A stretch of DNA of 64,000 nucleotides from an uncultured bacterium (GTDB lineage Bacteria; Omnitrophota; Gorgyraeia; Duberdicusellales; 4484-171): NCBI GenBank assembly GCA_913050175.1, contig CAJXAF010000002.1, positions 185-64,184 on the forward strand, in the 5' to 3' direction. The position numbers and the translations under genes were made by a program. Numbering within the stretch: position 1 is the first letter of the stretch; the number at the start of each line of letters is the position of its first letter. A model generated the notes under the pieces. That model was not told where the DNA came from. It did not search any database and was given only the letters and a program-made list of their open reading frames with translations. Of the stretch, positions 1-9,505 are shown piece by piece.

Positions 1-541
1 TTGGACCCTTTGCTTTATTAGTAACAGCGATGATTGTATAGATTTGAGCATCACCACCATTAGTGATAAAGTGCTTGGTTCCGTTGAGAATATAGTAATC
101 GCCGTCTTTTCTTGCTGTGGTCTTAACGCCGGCAGCATCAGAGCCGGCTTCCGGTTCTGTAAGGGCAAAAGCTGTTAAGTGCTTGCCGCTGGCAATATCC
201 GGTAAGTATTTTTTCTTCTGCTCCTCTGTACCGTGCAAAAGAATAGGAAACATTCCCAAAAAAGATGCAGCATAAGAAGTAGCTACGCCTCCATCAACCC
301 GGGATATCTCCTCAGTAGCAATGCATAGCTCCATCAACCCAGTTCCCATGCCTCCATAAGCTTCTGGTATTGCCAGAGAAAAGAGGTCAGATTGAGCCAG
401 GTCTTTCATTATTTGGGTAGGGTGCTCTTCTTTTTCATCAAGCTCTCGAGAATAAGGACGTATTTTTTCTTCGGCAATTTGCCTACATAAATCTCTTAAC
501 ATTTGCTGATCTTCAGTTAAATTATAATCAAGAAGAAACAT
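1..541 (-). CDS. Acyl-CoA dehydrogenase (3' end runs off window; not in ORF track)
   Basis: Manual translation from ATG at 541 (GGAGG SD upstream): MFLLDYNLTEDQQMLRD...AFALTEPEAGSDA...LNGTKHFITNGG, the classic ACAD motifs. Confidence 0.93.
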   Translation of the reverse strand, partial: MFLLDYNLTEDQQMLRDLCRQIAEEKIRPYSRELDEKEEHPTQIMKDLAQSDLFSLAIPEAYGGMGTGLMELCIATEEISRVDGGVATSYAASFLGMFPILLHGTEEQKKKYLPDIASGKHLTAFALTEPEAGSDAAGVKTTARKDGDYYILNGTKHFITNGGDAQIYTIIAVTNKAKGP

Positions 542-577
542 CTTATACCTCCCTATAAAATTGGTGTTAACTATTAA

Positions 578-1036
578 TTATGTTTTAATTTTTAATATTA
601 CGGCTTCTTCGCTACAGCCGGGAAATTCTGAGCAGTTGATACAATCACTCCATATTTTATGGGGTAATTTCTTTCTGTCAATAATTTTAAATCCAACTTT
701 CGTAAAAAATTCCGGGCTGTAAGTTAGAGCAAAAACTCCCTTTATGCCCAAAGAAGACGCTTCTTTTAAACTTATCTTTACTAATTTCTTACCAATATTT
801 TTTTTCTGATACTTAGATAAAACAGCTAAAGACTTTATCTCGGCTAAATTCTGCCAACCCGTCACTGAAAGAGCGCAACAGCCAACTACCTTCCCCTTAT
901 CAAGGAATACCCAAAAATCACGAAGATGCTCAAAAATATAGTTTAATGAGCGCCGGAGGAGTTTTCCCTTTTTCGCCCAGGAATTAACGAGGCGCTGGAT
1001 ATCTTCTGCGTCAGATAGCTTAGCTTTACGAATCAT
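578..1036 (-). CDS. GNAT N-acetyltransferase, short-form amino-acid (glutamate) acetyltransferase ArgA-like
   Basis: AEIKSLAV, VFALTY..FF.K.GF, LPHKIW.DC..C..F..C.E motif typical of short ArgA. Confidence 0.8.
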   Translation of the reverse strand: MIRKAKLSDAEDIQRLVNSWAKKGKLLRRSLNYIFEHLRDFWVFLDKGKVVGCCALSVTGWQNLAEIKSLAVLSKYQKKNIGKKLVKISLKEASSLGIKGVFALTYSPEFFTKVGFKIIDRKKLPHKIWSDCINCSEFPGCSEEAVILKIKT

Positions 1037-1599
1037 TGAAAAAAGAAAGATATTCCAGCTAAAGCCATATTAGCATCAATACCACCATTGCGTCGTTCCA
1101 AACTATTATTAGAAAGGTGTCGATAGCGGTATTCAAGACTTAAAGCAGCATCATCCCAAAAAAACAAATGACAACCTACACCGGCTTGAGGTAAAAAATT
1201 ATACTGACTACCTTGCTCCTGTGTTTTTTGGCTCATATATAAAGTCCCTAATCCGCCTTTAAAATAAGGCTGGATGAAGTCTGATAAAGGAAATACGTAT
1301 TTAATCAAGAAATTTGATCCAACCTCGACGTTAGCCTCAGGACTTATTATGGTATTAGCAAAACCCTCCATTAAAAACTGTAATTTCCCTTCAGTTCTAA
1401 TGCCTATCATCTCAAATATAGGCTTAGCATCATAGTTAAGAGAAACAAACAGAGGAATACCCTGATAATCATCCCTATCTCTTAAATTAGCCTCAAAAAA
1501 GCCTGAAAGCACCTCAATGCCTTCAAGTTCAAAGGCGTGTGAACTACTTGTAAGGATAATTAAACATAAAGTAAGAATAATTTTTGAAATTAGCCGCAT
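1033..1599 (-). CDS. Acyloxyacyl hydrolase / PagL-like lipid A deacylase, outer-membrane beta-barrel
   Basis: Signal peptide; NFLPQAGVG...EYRYRHLSN motif; C-terminal aromatic residues; start set at ATG 1599 after GGAGG. Confidence 0.75.
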   Translation of the reverse strand: MRLISKIILTLCLIILTSSSHAFELEGIEVLSGFFEANLRDRDDYQGIPLFVSLNYDAKPIFEMIGIRTEGKLQFLMEGFANTIISPEANVEVGSNFLIKYVFPLSDFIQPYFKGGLGTLYMSQKTQEQGSQYNFLPQAGVGCHLFFWDDAALSLEYRYRHLSNNSLERRNGGIDANMALAGISFFFQ

Positions 1600-1666
1600 A
1601 GCGCCTCCTTTATAAACATACACCTTGATATTTTGTGGTTATTGGGTAAAAATTACTTACTGTTTT

Positions 1667-1695
1667 ATTTTAACTGCTTGCATTATAACTGTCAA
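1667..1695 (-). promoter_or_regulatory. Sigma70 promoter for the PagL-like gene
   Basis: Minus strand TTGACA-N17-TAAAAT. Confidence 0.7.
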
Positions 1696-1732
1696 TCATT
1701 TATTGACTTTTGCTTTGGTAAATATAGGAAAA

Positions 1733-2974
1733 TTAGGCTTGGGAAGCAATTAGACTTAATATTTCTGATAGGCTGGGATGAATTAGAAGCATCTCTTTAA
1801 GATCAGATAGCTTTAAATGCTTTCTAACGCACAAGGTAAGAGTGCTTATTAACTCAGCGGCAAGAGTAGATATAACACCGGCTCCGATAATTGTATCATC
1901 CTCGCTAACTACTATCTGAATGAAACCATCAGTATCACCATATACATAGCTGGAGGAAAATTTTAAAAAATTTGATTGGATAACCCTGTATTTCAAGCCT
2001 TGAGCTTTAGCTTGATCTTCTAAAATTCCAATTCTGGCTAAAGAAGGCTGGGAGAATACACACTCAGGTATGTTAGAATAGTTTTCCTTTAAATGGTTAC
2101 CCTCTTTAATGTTGGGAATACATATTTTAGCTTGATATTCGCCAACATAAGCCAGTAGTTTTTTCCCGGTTACGTCCCCACAAGCATAAATATTATCAAT
2201 ATTGGTGGCTAAATGCTCATTGGTTTTAATCCAGCCTTTGGAATCATAATCTATACCAGCATTAGCTAATTCTAAAGACTCTGTATTAGGTTTTCTACCC
2301 ACGGCAGAAATTATCAGGTCATACTCATCCAGTTTACAATCTTGATAACTTTTATCAGTTTCAATTTTTATGCCTTTGCGCTGTAAAATAATTCTCAAAC
2401 GATTGGCAAGGTAGGGATTAAAAAAAGGCAAAATAGAGTTTTCCCTTTCAACTAGGGAGACGTTACTTCCGAAACTGTTTAGCAAGGACGCTATTTCAAT
2501 ACCAATATAGCCTCCACCAACAATAAGAACTTTTTCAGGAATTTCCCTCTGTTTAAATAAAGCATCGGCTGATATCACCTTAGGATCATCGATAATTAGT
2601 TTTGGCAATGAACCGCTAGCTACTACAATATACTTACCGACAATAGTTTCGGAGCCAACCTTTAAACTATTCTTATCAAGAAAACTAACTTTACCCCATA
2701 AAACTTCTAAACCCTGCTTTTGTAAAAATTGCAAACTTTGAGTTTTTATCTTGTTAACAACAGCCTTTTTTAAAAGGTATGTATCTTTCCATGACTTATT
2801 TAATTTTGCACTATTGAGAAATAACTTAGTTGGTATGCAGCCTCTATTTAAACAGGTTCCGCCAAAAGAATCTTTATCCTCATCAATTAAAACTGCTGAC
2901 AAGCCTAATTTTTTTGCCTGATGTGCACAAGCTATTCCGGCAGCTCCAGAACCAATTATTATTAGATTATACAT
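1733..2974 (-). CDS. lpdA: Dihydrolipoyl dehydrogenase-like pyridine nucleotide-disulfide oxidoreductase (short)
   Basis: GSGAAG FAD site, GGTCLNRGCIP redox disulfide, GGGYIG NAD site, HPSLSE. Confidence 0.75.
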   Translation of the reverse strand: MYNLIIIGSGAAGIACAHQAKKLGLSAVLIDEDKDSFGGTCLNRGCIPTKLFLNSAKLNKSWKDTYLLKKAVVNKIKTQSLQFLQKQGLEVLWGKVSFLDKNSLKVGSETIVGKYIVVASGSLPKLIIDDPKVISADALFKQREIPEKVLIVGGGYIGIEIASLLNSFGSNVSLVERENSILPFFNPYLANRLRIILQRKGIKIETDKSYQDCKLDEYDLIISAVGRKPNTESLELANAGIDYDSKGWIKTNEHLATNIDNIYACGDVTGKKLLAYVGEYQAKICIPNIKEGNHLKENYSNIPECVFSQPSLARIGILEDQAKAQGLKYRVIQSNFLKFSSSYVYGDTDGFIQIVVSEDDTIIGAGVISTLAAELISTLTLCVRKHLKLSDLKEMLLIHPSLSEILSLIASQA

Positions 2975-3028
2975 TTTATCTATCTTTGGTTTTAACCTTG
3001 CATAAGGCAGGGATGAAAGTATTCTTAA

Positions 3029-3532
3029 CTACTTTAATTGAAAATCTTTATACTTCTCTAAGTACTTAATGATACCTTGACTACTTACTAGTTGCTTGCG
3101 GAAATTATCCCAGGGTTTGAAGTTGATAATTGTCTTAGAAGACTTTTTTTCAATCAACCCCTTACTTAAATCAACACTAAGATAATCGCTTTCTTTTAGT
3201 GACCTAGTATCAGCCTCAATTAAGGCTAAACCTATATTAAAAGCATTACGATAAAAAATGCGAGCAAAGCTTTTGGCGATAACACAAACTACACCAGCCT
3301 CTTTAATTACCCAGGGAGCCTGCTCCCGAGATGAACCCATGCCAAAATTCTCACCAGCGACAATAATTGACTTTTTAGGTATAAGTTCCTTGTAGAATCC
3401 CGGACGTATATCCTCCATTAGATATTGGGATAATTGCTTCATATCTGAAATTTTGAATTTATATCGTCCCGATATAATCCAATCAGTATTGATATTGTCA
3501 CCAAACTTAAAAACTTTTCCCTTTAAAATCAT
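3029..3532 (-). CDS. leuD: 3-isopropylmalate/homoaconitate dehydratase small subunit (LeuD/HacB type)
   Basis: [36 protein letters not shown]. Confidence 0.8.
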   Translation of the reverse strand: MILKGKVFKFGDNINTDWIISGRYKFKISDMKQLSQYLMEDIRPGFYKELIPKKSIIVAGENFGMGSSREQAPWVIKEAGVVCVIAKSFARIFYRNAFNIGLALIEADTRSLKESDYLSVDLSKGLIEKKSSKTIINFKPWDNFRKQLVSSQGIIKYLEKYKDFQLK

Positions 3533-3543
3533 ATTTTTTGATA

Positions 3544-4593
3544 TTACAATTGCTCGAATTCAACTACACTCTTTACTTTAGTCAAAGCTGCCTCTTTAGT
3601 TATAACTCCCTTTTTATAGAGAGTTTTAAGAGCTTTATCCATAGTACGCATTCCGTATTGAGCACCCATCTGAAGCAAGGAAGGAATCTGGGCAATATCC
3701 CCTTCCCTGATTAAATTACGTATTCCCGGAGTAGATACCATAACTTCTGTTGATAAGACCCTGCCCTCTCCATCAGCCCGAGGTATTAAAATCTGCGACA
3801 TAACCCCTTGCAAGCACTCAGCCAGCTGAATAATTACCTGTCGCTGTTGGTAAGGTGGAAAAACATCGATAATGCGCTGGACAGTTTGCGGACAATCAGG
3901 TGTATGTAAAGTGGCTAAAACCAAATGTCCGGTTTCAGCTGCGGTTAAGGTTGTTGATATGGTATCTAGATCACGCATCTCTCCCACAACAATGACATCA
4001 GGATCTTGACGCAAAACCCTTTTTAAAGCCTCAGGAAAAGAGTGAGTATCAGAATATACTTCTCGTTGTTTGATAACACTCTTTTTATTGGTAAAAACAA
4101 ATTCAATCGGATCCTCAATAGTGACAATCATCTCACTACGATTAGTATTTATATATTCAACCATTGCTGCCATAGTTGTACTTTTTCCAGTACCAGTTGG
4201 ACCGGTACAGAGAACTAGGCCATTTGGTCTATTTAAAAAATCAAAGACAACATCGGGAAGACCCAATTGATCAATAGAGGGGATCTTCATAGGAACACGT
4301 CTGAAAGCTGCTTCAACATTGCCTTTTTGAAGGTGGATATTTACTCTAAAGCGGTCCATATTAGGAAGAGCAAAGGAAAAATCCAACTCCTTATCCCGCT
4401 CGAATATTGCTTTTTGCTCATCATTTAACATATTATAAATCAAAGTTTTTGAGCTTTGCTGAGTTAAGGGAGGGAATTCTGTAAGCTGGAGCTCTCCGTT
4501 AATCCTTATTACCGGGGGGTTACCAACTGACAAGTGCAGATCGCTGGCACGCTTGGCTTGAGTCAATTTAAGAAGAGTGTTCATGTCAACCAT
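3544..4593 (-). CDS. pilT: Type IV pilus retraction ATPase PilT
   Basis: ASDLHL, Walker [24 protein letters not shown], His box [18 protein letters not shown] (AIRNLIRE motif). Confidence 0.92.
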   Translation of the reverse strand: MVDMNTLLKLTQAKRASDLHLSVGNPPVIRINGELQLTEFPPLTQQSSKTLIYNMLNDEQKAIFERDKELDFSFALPNMDRFRVNIHLQKGNVEAAFRRVPMKIPSIDQLGLPDVVFDFLNRPNGLVLCTGPTGTGKSTTMAAMVEYINTNRSEMIVTIEDPIEFVFTNKKSVIKQREVYSDTHSFPEALKRVLRQDPDVIVVGEMRDLDTISTTLTAAETGHLVLATLHTPDCPQTVQRIIDVFPPYQQRQVIIQLAECLQGVMSQILIPRADGEGRVLSTEVMVSTPGIRNLIREGDIAQIPSLLQMGAQYGMRTMDKALKTLYKKGVITKEAALTKVKSVVEFEQL

Positions 4594-4738
4594 TGAAAAA
4601 CCTCCTCAGCTTAAGAAGCAAGACGTTATTAAAAAAATCAAAAACACCTATATATATCGACTAATTAAGGACTTTTTTGCTCAATTTAACTTTTTTGCTA
4701 TACACTTATTGATACCACTACCCGATGGAAAAATCAAG

Positions 4739-5992
4739 TTATTTAAGATATTTTCTTGGATCGGTTATTGCCCCTTTAATGGCTGAAGCAACTACAGTGG
4801 CAACAGAAGCAAGGTATATATAGCTTTTAGGGTTGCCCATTCTCCCCTTGAAATTGCGATTAGCTGTTGAAATCGTAACCTCATTATCAGCCGGAACGCC
4901 TTGATGGGTTCCCACGCAAGGCCCGCAACCAACTGGTAAAACCACAGCCCCAGCCTCCATAAAAACTCTTATAAACCCTTTCTCCAGACTTCTGAGAAAA
5001 ATCTCTCTGGATGCAGGAGCTATAAAAAGTTTTGTATCTTTATCTATTCTTTTTGATTTTAACATTTTAGCAGCAATCTCTAAATCCTCAAGGCGTCCAT
5101 TAGTGCAAGTTCCCAAAAAGGCCTGATTAATCTTAGTGCCGGCTAAAGATGCAACCGGAGCGCCATTATCAACAGTATGAGGTTTAGCTAAATAAGGAGT
5201 TAACCTTGATACATCAAACTCGATAATTTTCTCATATTTACAATCGTTATCAGAGTAAGTTGGATTGCCCTTTTTAATCTTATACTTTTTTAAGTAGTCA
5301 AAAGTAACTTTATCAGGAGCAATAAAACCACACTTTGCACCAAACTCTATAGTCATATTTGTAATAGTACACCTGGCATCAAAGGACATTTTATCAATAG
5401 TGTTGCCGCTAAATTCAACTGACTTATAAGTAGCTCCGTTTGCACCTAGTTTATGTATTATATAAAGAATGACATCCTTACTATAAACTCCTTTTGGCAA
5501 TTTACCTTTAATAATAATTTTAAGAGTTTGGGGAACTTTAAACCAGTTTTTCCCAGTCATTAAAGCTATTGCCAAATCAGTTGAACCTACTCCAAAAGCA
5601 GCTACCCCTAAGGCTCCGGCAGTAGAAGTGTGGGAATCGGCACCGAGAATAAGTGCTCCCGGATAAGCAATTCCTGATTCAAGAACAAGTTGATGGGAAA
5701 TGCCACAGCCAACATCATAAATGCTATTTTTGTTTTTTTTAGTAAAAGACCTCATCCGAGAATGGATCCTTGAGACTCCCAGGTTAGGTGAGGGACTGCT
5801 ATGGTCTATAAACATTGAGTATTTTTTAGGAGTGATAAGTTTACCGTGGGCTTTTTGGATGCTATCTAAGACTAGTGAGGTCGTTCCATCTTGGGAAAAA
5901 CAATAATCGACTTTACAAATACCAACATCTTCTGCCTCTAGACTCTTCCCTGCATGCTTAGAGAGGATCTTCTCTATTATAGTTTTACCCAT
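4739..5992 (-). CDS. leuC: 3-isopropylmalate/homoaconitate dehydratase large subunit (archaeal-like LeuC/HacA type)
   Basis: GADSHT, GTCTNGR, CGPCVG Fe-S ligands, STANRNFKGRMG. Confidence 0.82.
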   Translation of the reverse strand: MGKTIIEKILSKHAGKSLEAEDVGICKVDYCFSQDGTTSLVLDSIQKAHGKLITPKKYSMFIDHSSPSPNLGVSRIHSRMRSFTKKNKNSIYDVGCGISHQLVLESGIAYPGALILGADSHTSTAGALGVAAFGVGSTDLAIALMTGKNWFKVPQTLKIIIKGKLPKGVYSKDVILYIIHKLGANGATYKSVEFSGNTIDKMSFDARCTITNMTIEFGAKCGFIAPDKVTFDYLKKYKIKKGNPTYSDNDCKYEKIIEFDVSRLTPYLAKPHTVDNGAPVASLAGTKINQAFLGTCTNGRLEDLEIAAKMLKSKRIDKDTKLFIAPASREIFLRSLEKGFIRVFMEAGAVVLPVGCGPCVGTHQGVPADNEVTISTANRNFKGRMGNPKSYIYLASVATVVASAIKGAITDPRKYLK

Positions 5993-6004
5993 AAGTATTT
6001 TAGT

Positions 6005-7162
6005 CTATAGAGAACTTAGAAAGTCTTTGATTCTTTCAATGCCTTTATCGATCTGTTCATCACTAGTTGAAAAACTTAAGCGGATAAAGCCATCTTTACC
6101 AAAAGCATCGGCCGGGATGCAAGAAACTAGCTTCTCACTTAACAAACGTTGGGAAAAATCAAAAGAATTTAAATTTGTTTTCCTTATGTCAGAAAACATA
6201 TAAAAAGTTCCTTGTGATTTAAAAGGTGTTATTTTCTCTAAGGGATCTAAGCCTTTCCAAAGCCTGTCTCTTCTGGCTGCGAAAATATCTTTTACTTGGC
6301 CTTGCCATTTATTATCTCCCAAAGCCGCAATAGCTGCTTTTTGTGATACGGCACAGGCACATGATGTAGTGTGGTCAATAATCTTAGAAGTTTCTCCAAT
6401 AATCTCATCAGGTCCGGCTAAATATCCTAGGCGCCAGCCAGTCATGGAAAATGTTTTAGAAAAACCATTTACAGTAATTGTATTGTTAAAAGCACCGCCA
6501 AGTGCAGCAAAGCTAGTATGCTGACGGCCGTCATATAACAAAGTCTCATATATTTCATCGCTTACCACATAAAGATTATTATCTTTAACTACCCGGCAGA
6601 TTTCCTCGAGCTCTTTACGATCATAGGTTGCCCCGGTAGGGTTAGAAGGATAATTTAAAATTAAAACCTTTGATTTGCTAGTTATACACTCCTGGAGTTT
6701 TTTCCCTGAAAGCTTAAAACCGTCCTTTTCGTCGGTTTCACAAAAAACAGGCTTTGCCTGACAAAGTTTAGCCATTTGGGGATAGCTAACCCAGTAAGGA
6801 GAAGGGATAATTACCTCATCTCCTGGTTTAAGAAGCGTAAATAAAGCAACGTAAAGAGCATATTTAGCTCCCGCGGTTACTATTACGTTCTTGCCTTCAA
6901 GAGAAATATTATTTTCGCTTTGTAATTTAGAAGCTATTGCTTTGCGTAAATCAGGGAGTCCGGCTGAAGGAGTGTACTTAGTAAAACCTGCATCAATAGC
7001 AGCTTTTCCAGCCTCTTTAATAAAGTCAGGAGTATCAAAGTCAGGTTCGCCGGCAGCAAAATTAACAACATCTTTGCCCTCGGCAACGAGTTTCTTAGTA
7101 AGAGCGGTTATTTTAAGTGTAGCTGACTTTTTAAGCTCGGCTACGCTAGGATTAATTACCAT
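6005..7162 (-). CDS. aspC: PLP-dependent aspartate aminotransferase (class I/II)
   Basis: GEPDF, NYPSNPTG, SDEIY, FSKTFSMTGWRLGY. Confidence 0.85.
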   Translation of the reverse strand: MVINPSVAELKKSATLKITALTKKLVAEGKDVVNFAAGEPDFDTPDFIKEAGKAAIDAGFTKYTPSAGLPDLRKAIASKLQSENNISLEGKNVIVTAGAKYALYVALFTLLKPGDEVIIPSPYWVSYPQMAKLCQAKPVFCETDEKDGFKLSGKKLQECITSKSKVLILNYPSNPTGATYDRKELEEICRVVKDNNLYVVSDEIYETLLYDGRQHTSFAALGGAFNNTITVNGFSKTFSMTGWRLGYLAGPDEIIGETSKIIDHTTSCACAVSQKAAIAALGDNKWQGQVKDIFAARRDRLWKGLDPLEKITPFKSQGTFYMFSDIRKTNLNSFDFSQRLLSEKLVSCIPADAFGKDGFIRLSFSTSDEQIDKGIERIKDFLSSL

Positions 7163-7245
7163 TTTTTAAAAGTATTATATAAAAGGACCTTATTAAGATA
7201 CAAACTATTAATCTTAACACATCAACAAATCAAAAACAAGAACTA

Positions 7246-7767
7246 CTACCGTTTCCCAGGATTTCGTTCTTTTTTGAAAATTTTCTTTACCCCTGAAATA
7301 ATGCCTTTTTTAGCTGTTTTATCTTTAGCATCTTCGCTTTGGTTGACTTTCTTGGGTGTTAAGCTTTGAGTTTCTTTATCTTTAGCCTCTTTAAGCGGTT
7401 TTTTCTTTCTTTCCACCTTAGTTAATTCGATCAAAGAAAGTTGAGCTCCATCACCCTTACGTCTTCCAACCTTTAAGACTCTTGTATAACCACCGGTAGA
7501 CTGGGGATAGCGCGGCGCTATGGCTTCAAAAAGCCTTCTCACCAACTTATGGTCACCAACAACCTGATAAGCTAGCCTTTTATCATGCAGCCGGCCACGC
7601 TTAGACCAAGTAAGAAGCCTGTCAAATTCACCCCTTAAGTACTTTGCTTTTGAAGTTGTAGTGACTATTCTCTCATTAATTATAAGAGAACGAAGCAAAG
7701 CTTTTACTAAAGCTTTTTTCTGGGCCCGCGAACGGGAAAAATTTTCACTTTTTTTTCTATGTCTCAT
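7246..7767 (-). CDS. rplQ: 50S ribosomal protein L17 with C-terminal extension
   Basis: MRHRK...ERIVTT..KAK, GGYTRVLKVG.RKGDGA. Confidence 0.95.
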   Translation of the reverse strand: MRHRKKSENFSRSRAQKKALVKALLRSLIINERIVTTTSKAKYLRGEFDRLLTWSKRGRLHDKRLAYQVVGDHKLVRRLFEAIAPRYPQSTGGYTRVLKVGRRKGDGAQLSLIELTKVERKKKPLKEAKDKETQSLTPKKVNQSEDAKDKTAKKGIISGVKKIFKKERNPGKR

Positions 7768-7811
7768 ATAAACTCTGTTTAATTAATATAGTTAAAATAA
7801 AGTTAATCCAC

Positions 7812-8798
7812 CTAGACCATGGTCAGTTTATCTTTATCTATTTTCATACCTAAATTCAAACCCATAGTTTTAAGAAGAGCTGCTACTTCATTTAGAGATT
7901 TTTTACCAAAATTCCTGTAAGCAAGTATTTCCGGCTCAGTTTTTGTTACCAGTTCAGAGAGTGTTTTAATAGCAGCATCGCGCAGACAATTGCTACTACG
8001 AACTGACAATTCAAGCTCAGTAACCGGTATTTTCAATTTTTCATAGAGACTAACTTCTTCCGGGGTTAACTCTTCAGTATCTTCCTCGGGAAGGTCGCCA
8101 AGAGTAAAGAATAGTTCGAGATGCTTGCTCATTACTTTAGCTGCATAAATTAAAGCCTCTTTTGGTTCAATGCTGGCATTTGTAAAAATTTCTAAAATAA
8201 GCTTGTCATAATCAGTGCGCTTACCAACTCGAGTGTTTTCAACCTTAAAAGCAACTCTTTTAACCGGTGTAAATATAGAATCAATCGGAATTACACCAAT
8301 GGGCATACCGTCACGCTTATTAGCTTCAGCAGTAACAAACCCTCTACCCCTACCAACTTCCATTTCAATTTCTAACTTTGCCTTGGAAGATGTTACAGTA
8401 GCGATATGTAAATCCGGATTGATAACCTCGATAGTTTCATCAGTTATGATATCCTTAGCTTTAATCTCCTTTTCTCCTTCTTGCTTTATATAGATTTTTT
8501 TCGGAGAACGAGAATAAGATCGTAAGACTAGATTCTTAATATTAAGGATAATCTCAGGTAGATCCTCATAGACACCATCGATAGTAGAGAATTCATGTGA
8601 AACTCCTTCAATCTTAACCGAAGTTACTGCTGCTCCTTCAATCGAAGAAAGAAGAACTCTCCTTAGAACATTACCAAGAGTCACCCCGTAGCCCCTTTCT
8701 AAGGGTTCAGCTACAATCTTACCGTAATTTGGGCTATACTCTTCTTGATCAACTATGACGCGTTTAGGGAATTGAAAATCCCGCCATGTAATTCCCAT
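7812..8798 (-). CDS. rpoA: RNA polymerase alpha subunit
   Basis: EPLERGYGVTLGNVLRRVLLSS; alphaCTD LELSVRSSNCL, NFGKKSL. Confidence 0.98.
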   Translation of the reverse strand: MGITWRDFQFPKRVIVDQEEYSPNYGKIVAEPLERGYGVTLGNVLRRVLLSSIEGAAVTSVKIEGVSHEFSTIDGVYEDLPEIILNIKNLVLRSYSRSPKKIYIKQEGEKEIKAKDIITDETIEVINPDLHIATVTSSKAKLEIEMEVGRGRGFVTAEANKRDGMPIGVIPIDSIFTPVKRVAFKVENTRVGKRTDYDKLILEIFTNASIEPKEALIYAAKVMSKHLELFFTLGDLPEEDTEELTPEEVSLYEKLKIPVTELELSVRSSNCLRDAAIKTLSELVTKTEPEILAYRNFGKKSLNEVAALLKTMGLNLGMKIDKDKLTMV

Positions 8799-8858
8799 TT
8801 CTTACCTCCTCATATATATATTTTTTTTGATTAACGAAGACAACTAAAAAATATCTAA

Positions 8859-9488
8859 TTATTTTGAATACAACTCAATAACAAGCTGTTCGTCTATAGC
8901 TATAACTAAATCCTCTTTTTCCGGAGCACGTATGATATCAATCTTATAACTGCTATTATCAACTTTCATCCAAGTTGGGCAACTACGATCCTTAGTATGA
9001 GTTTCTATATTGTCCTTGATGTATTGGCCAAGATTAGACTTAGCTTTTACCTCTATATTCTCACCATCTCGGACGATATAAGAAGGGATGCTGACTCTCT
9101 TACCGGAAATAAACACAAACCCGTGTCGCACTATCTGTCTAGCTTGCTCTCGGCTCGAAGCAAAAAGAGATCGGTAAACAACATTATCCAGGCGTCTCTC
9201 GAGCATTTGTATCAAGTTTCGCCCCGTAACTCCTTTTGACTTATTTGCAACTACAAAGAATCTTTTAAATTGGTTTTCCAGCATTCCATACATTCTTTTT
9301 AGTTTTTGTTTCTCACGCAACTGCAAAGCATAGTTAGTAAGCTTTTTTCTTGAGGGCATAGCAGCACCTGGTGGTTTAGGTCGCTTTGCATATGAGCATT
9401 TCTCAGTAACACAGCGAGTTCCTTTTAAAAAAAGCTTCATATCAGCTCGTCTACATAATTTACATTTTGCTTCTAAATATCTTCCCAT
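8859..9488 (-). CDS. rpsD: 30S ribosomal protein S4 (Zn-binding type)
   Basis: MGRY..AKCKLCRR, QLREKQK, LERRLDNVVYR, IELYSK; start set at ATG 9488. Confidence 0.97.
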   Translation of the reverse strand: MGRYLEAKCKLCRRADMKLFLKGTRCVTEKCSYAKRPKPPGAAMPSRKKLTNYALQLREKQKLKRMYGMLENQFKRFFVVANKSKGVTGRNLIQMLERRLDNVVYRSLFASSREQARQIVRHGFVFISGKRVSIPSYIVRDGENIEVKAKSNLGQYIKDNIETHTKDRSCPTWMKVDNSSYKIDIIRAPEKEDLVIAIDEQLVIELYSK

Positions 9489-9505
9489 TTTTTCCCCTCT
9501 AGGTT

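Noticed and set aside
7214-7230. Terminator after rplQ (TTAAGAT...ATCTTAA inverted repeat, about 7193-7217)
   Set aside because: AT-rich 7-bp stem with an 11-nt loop and no U-tract; too weak to call
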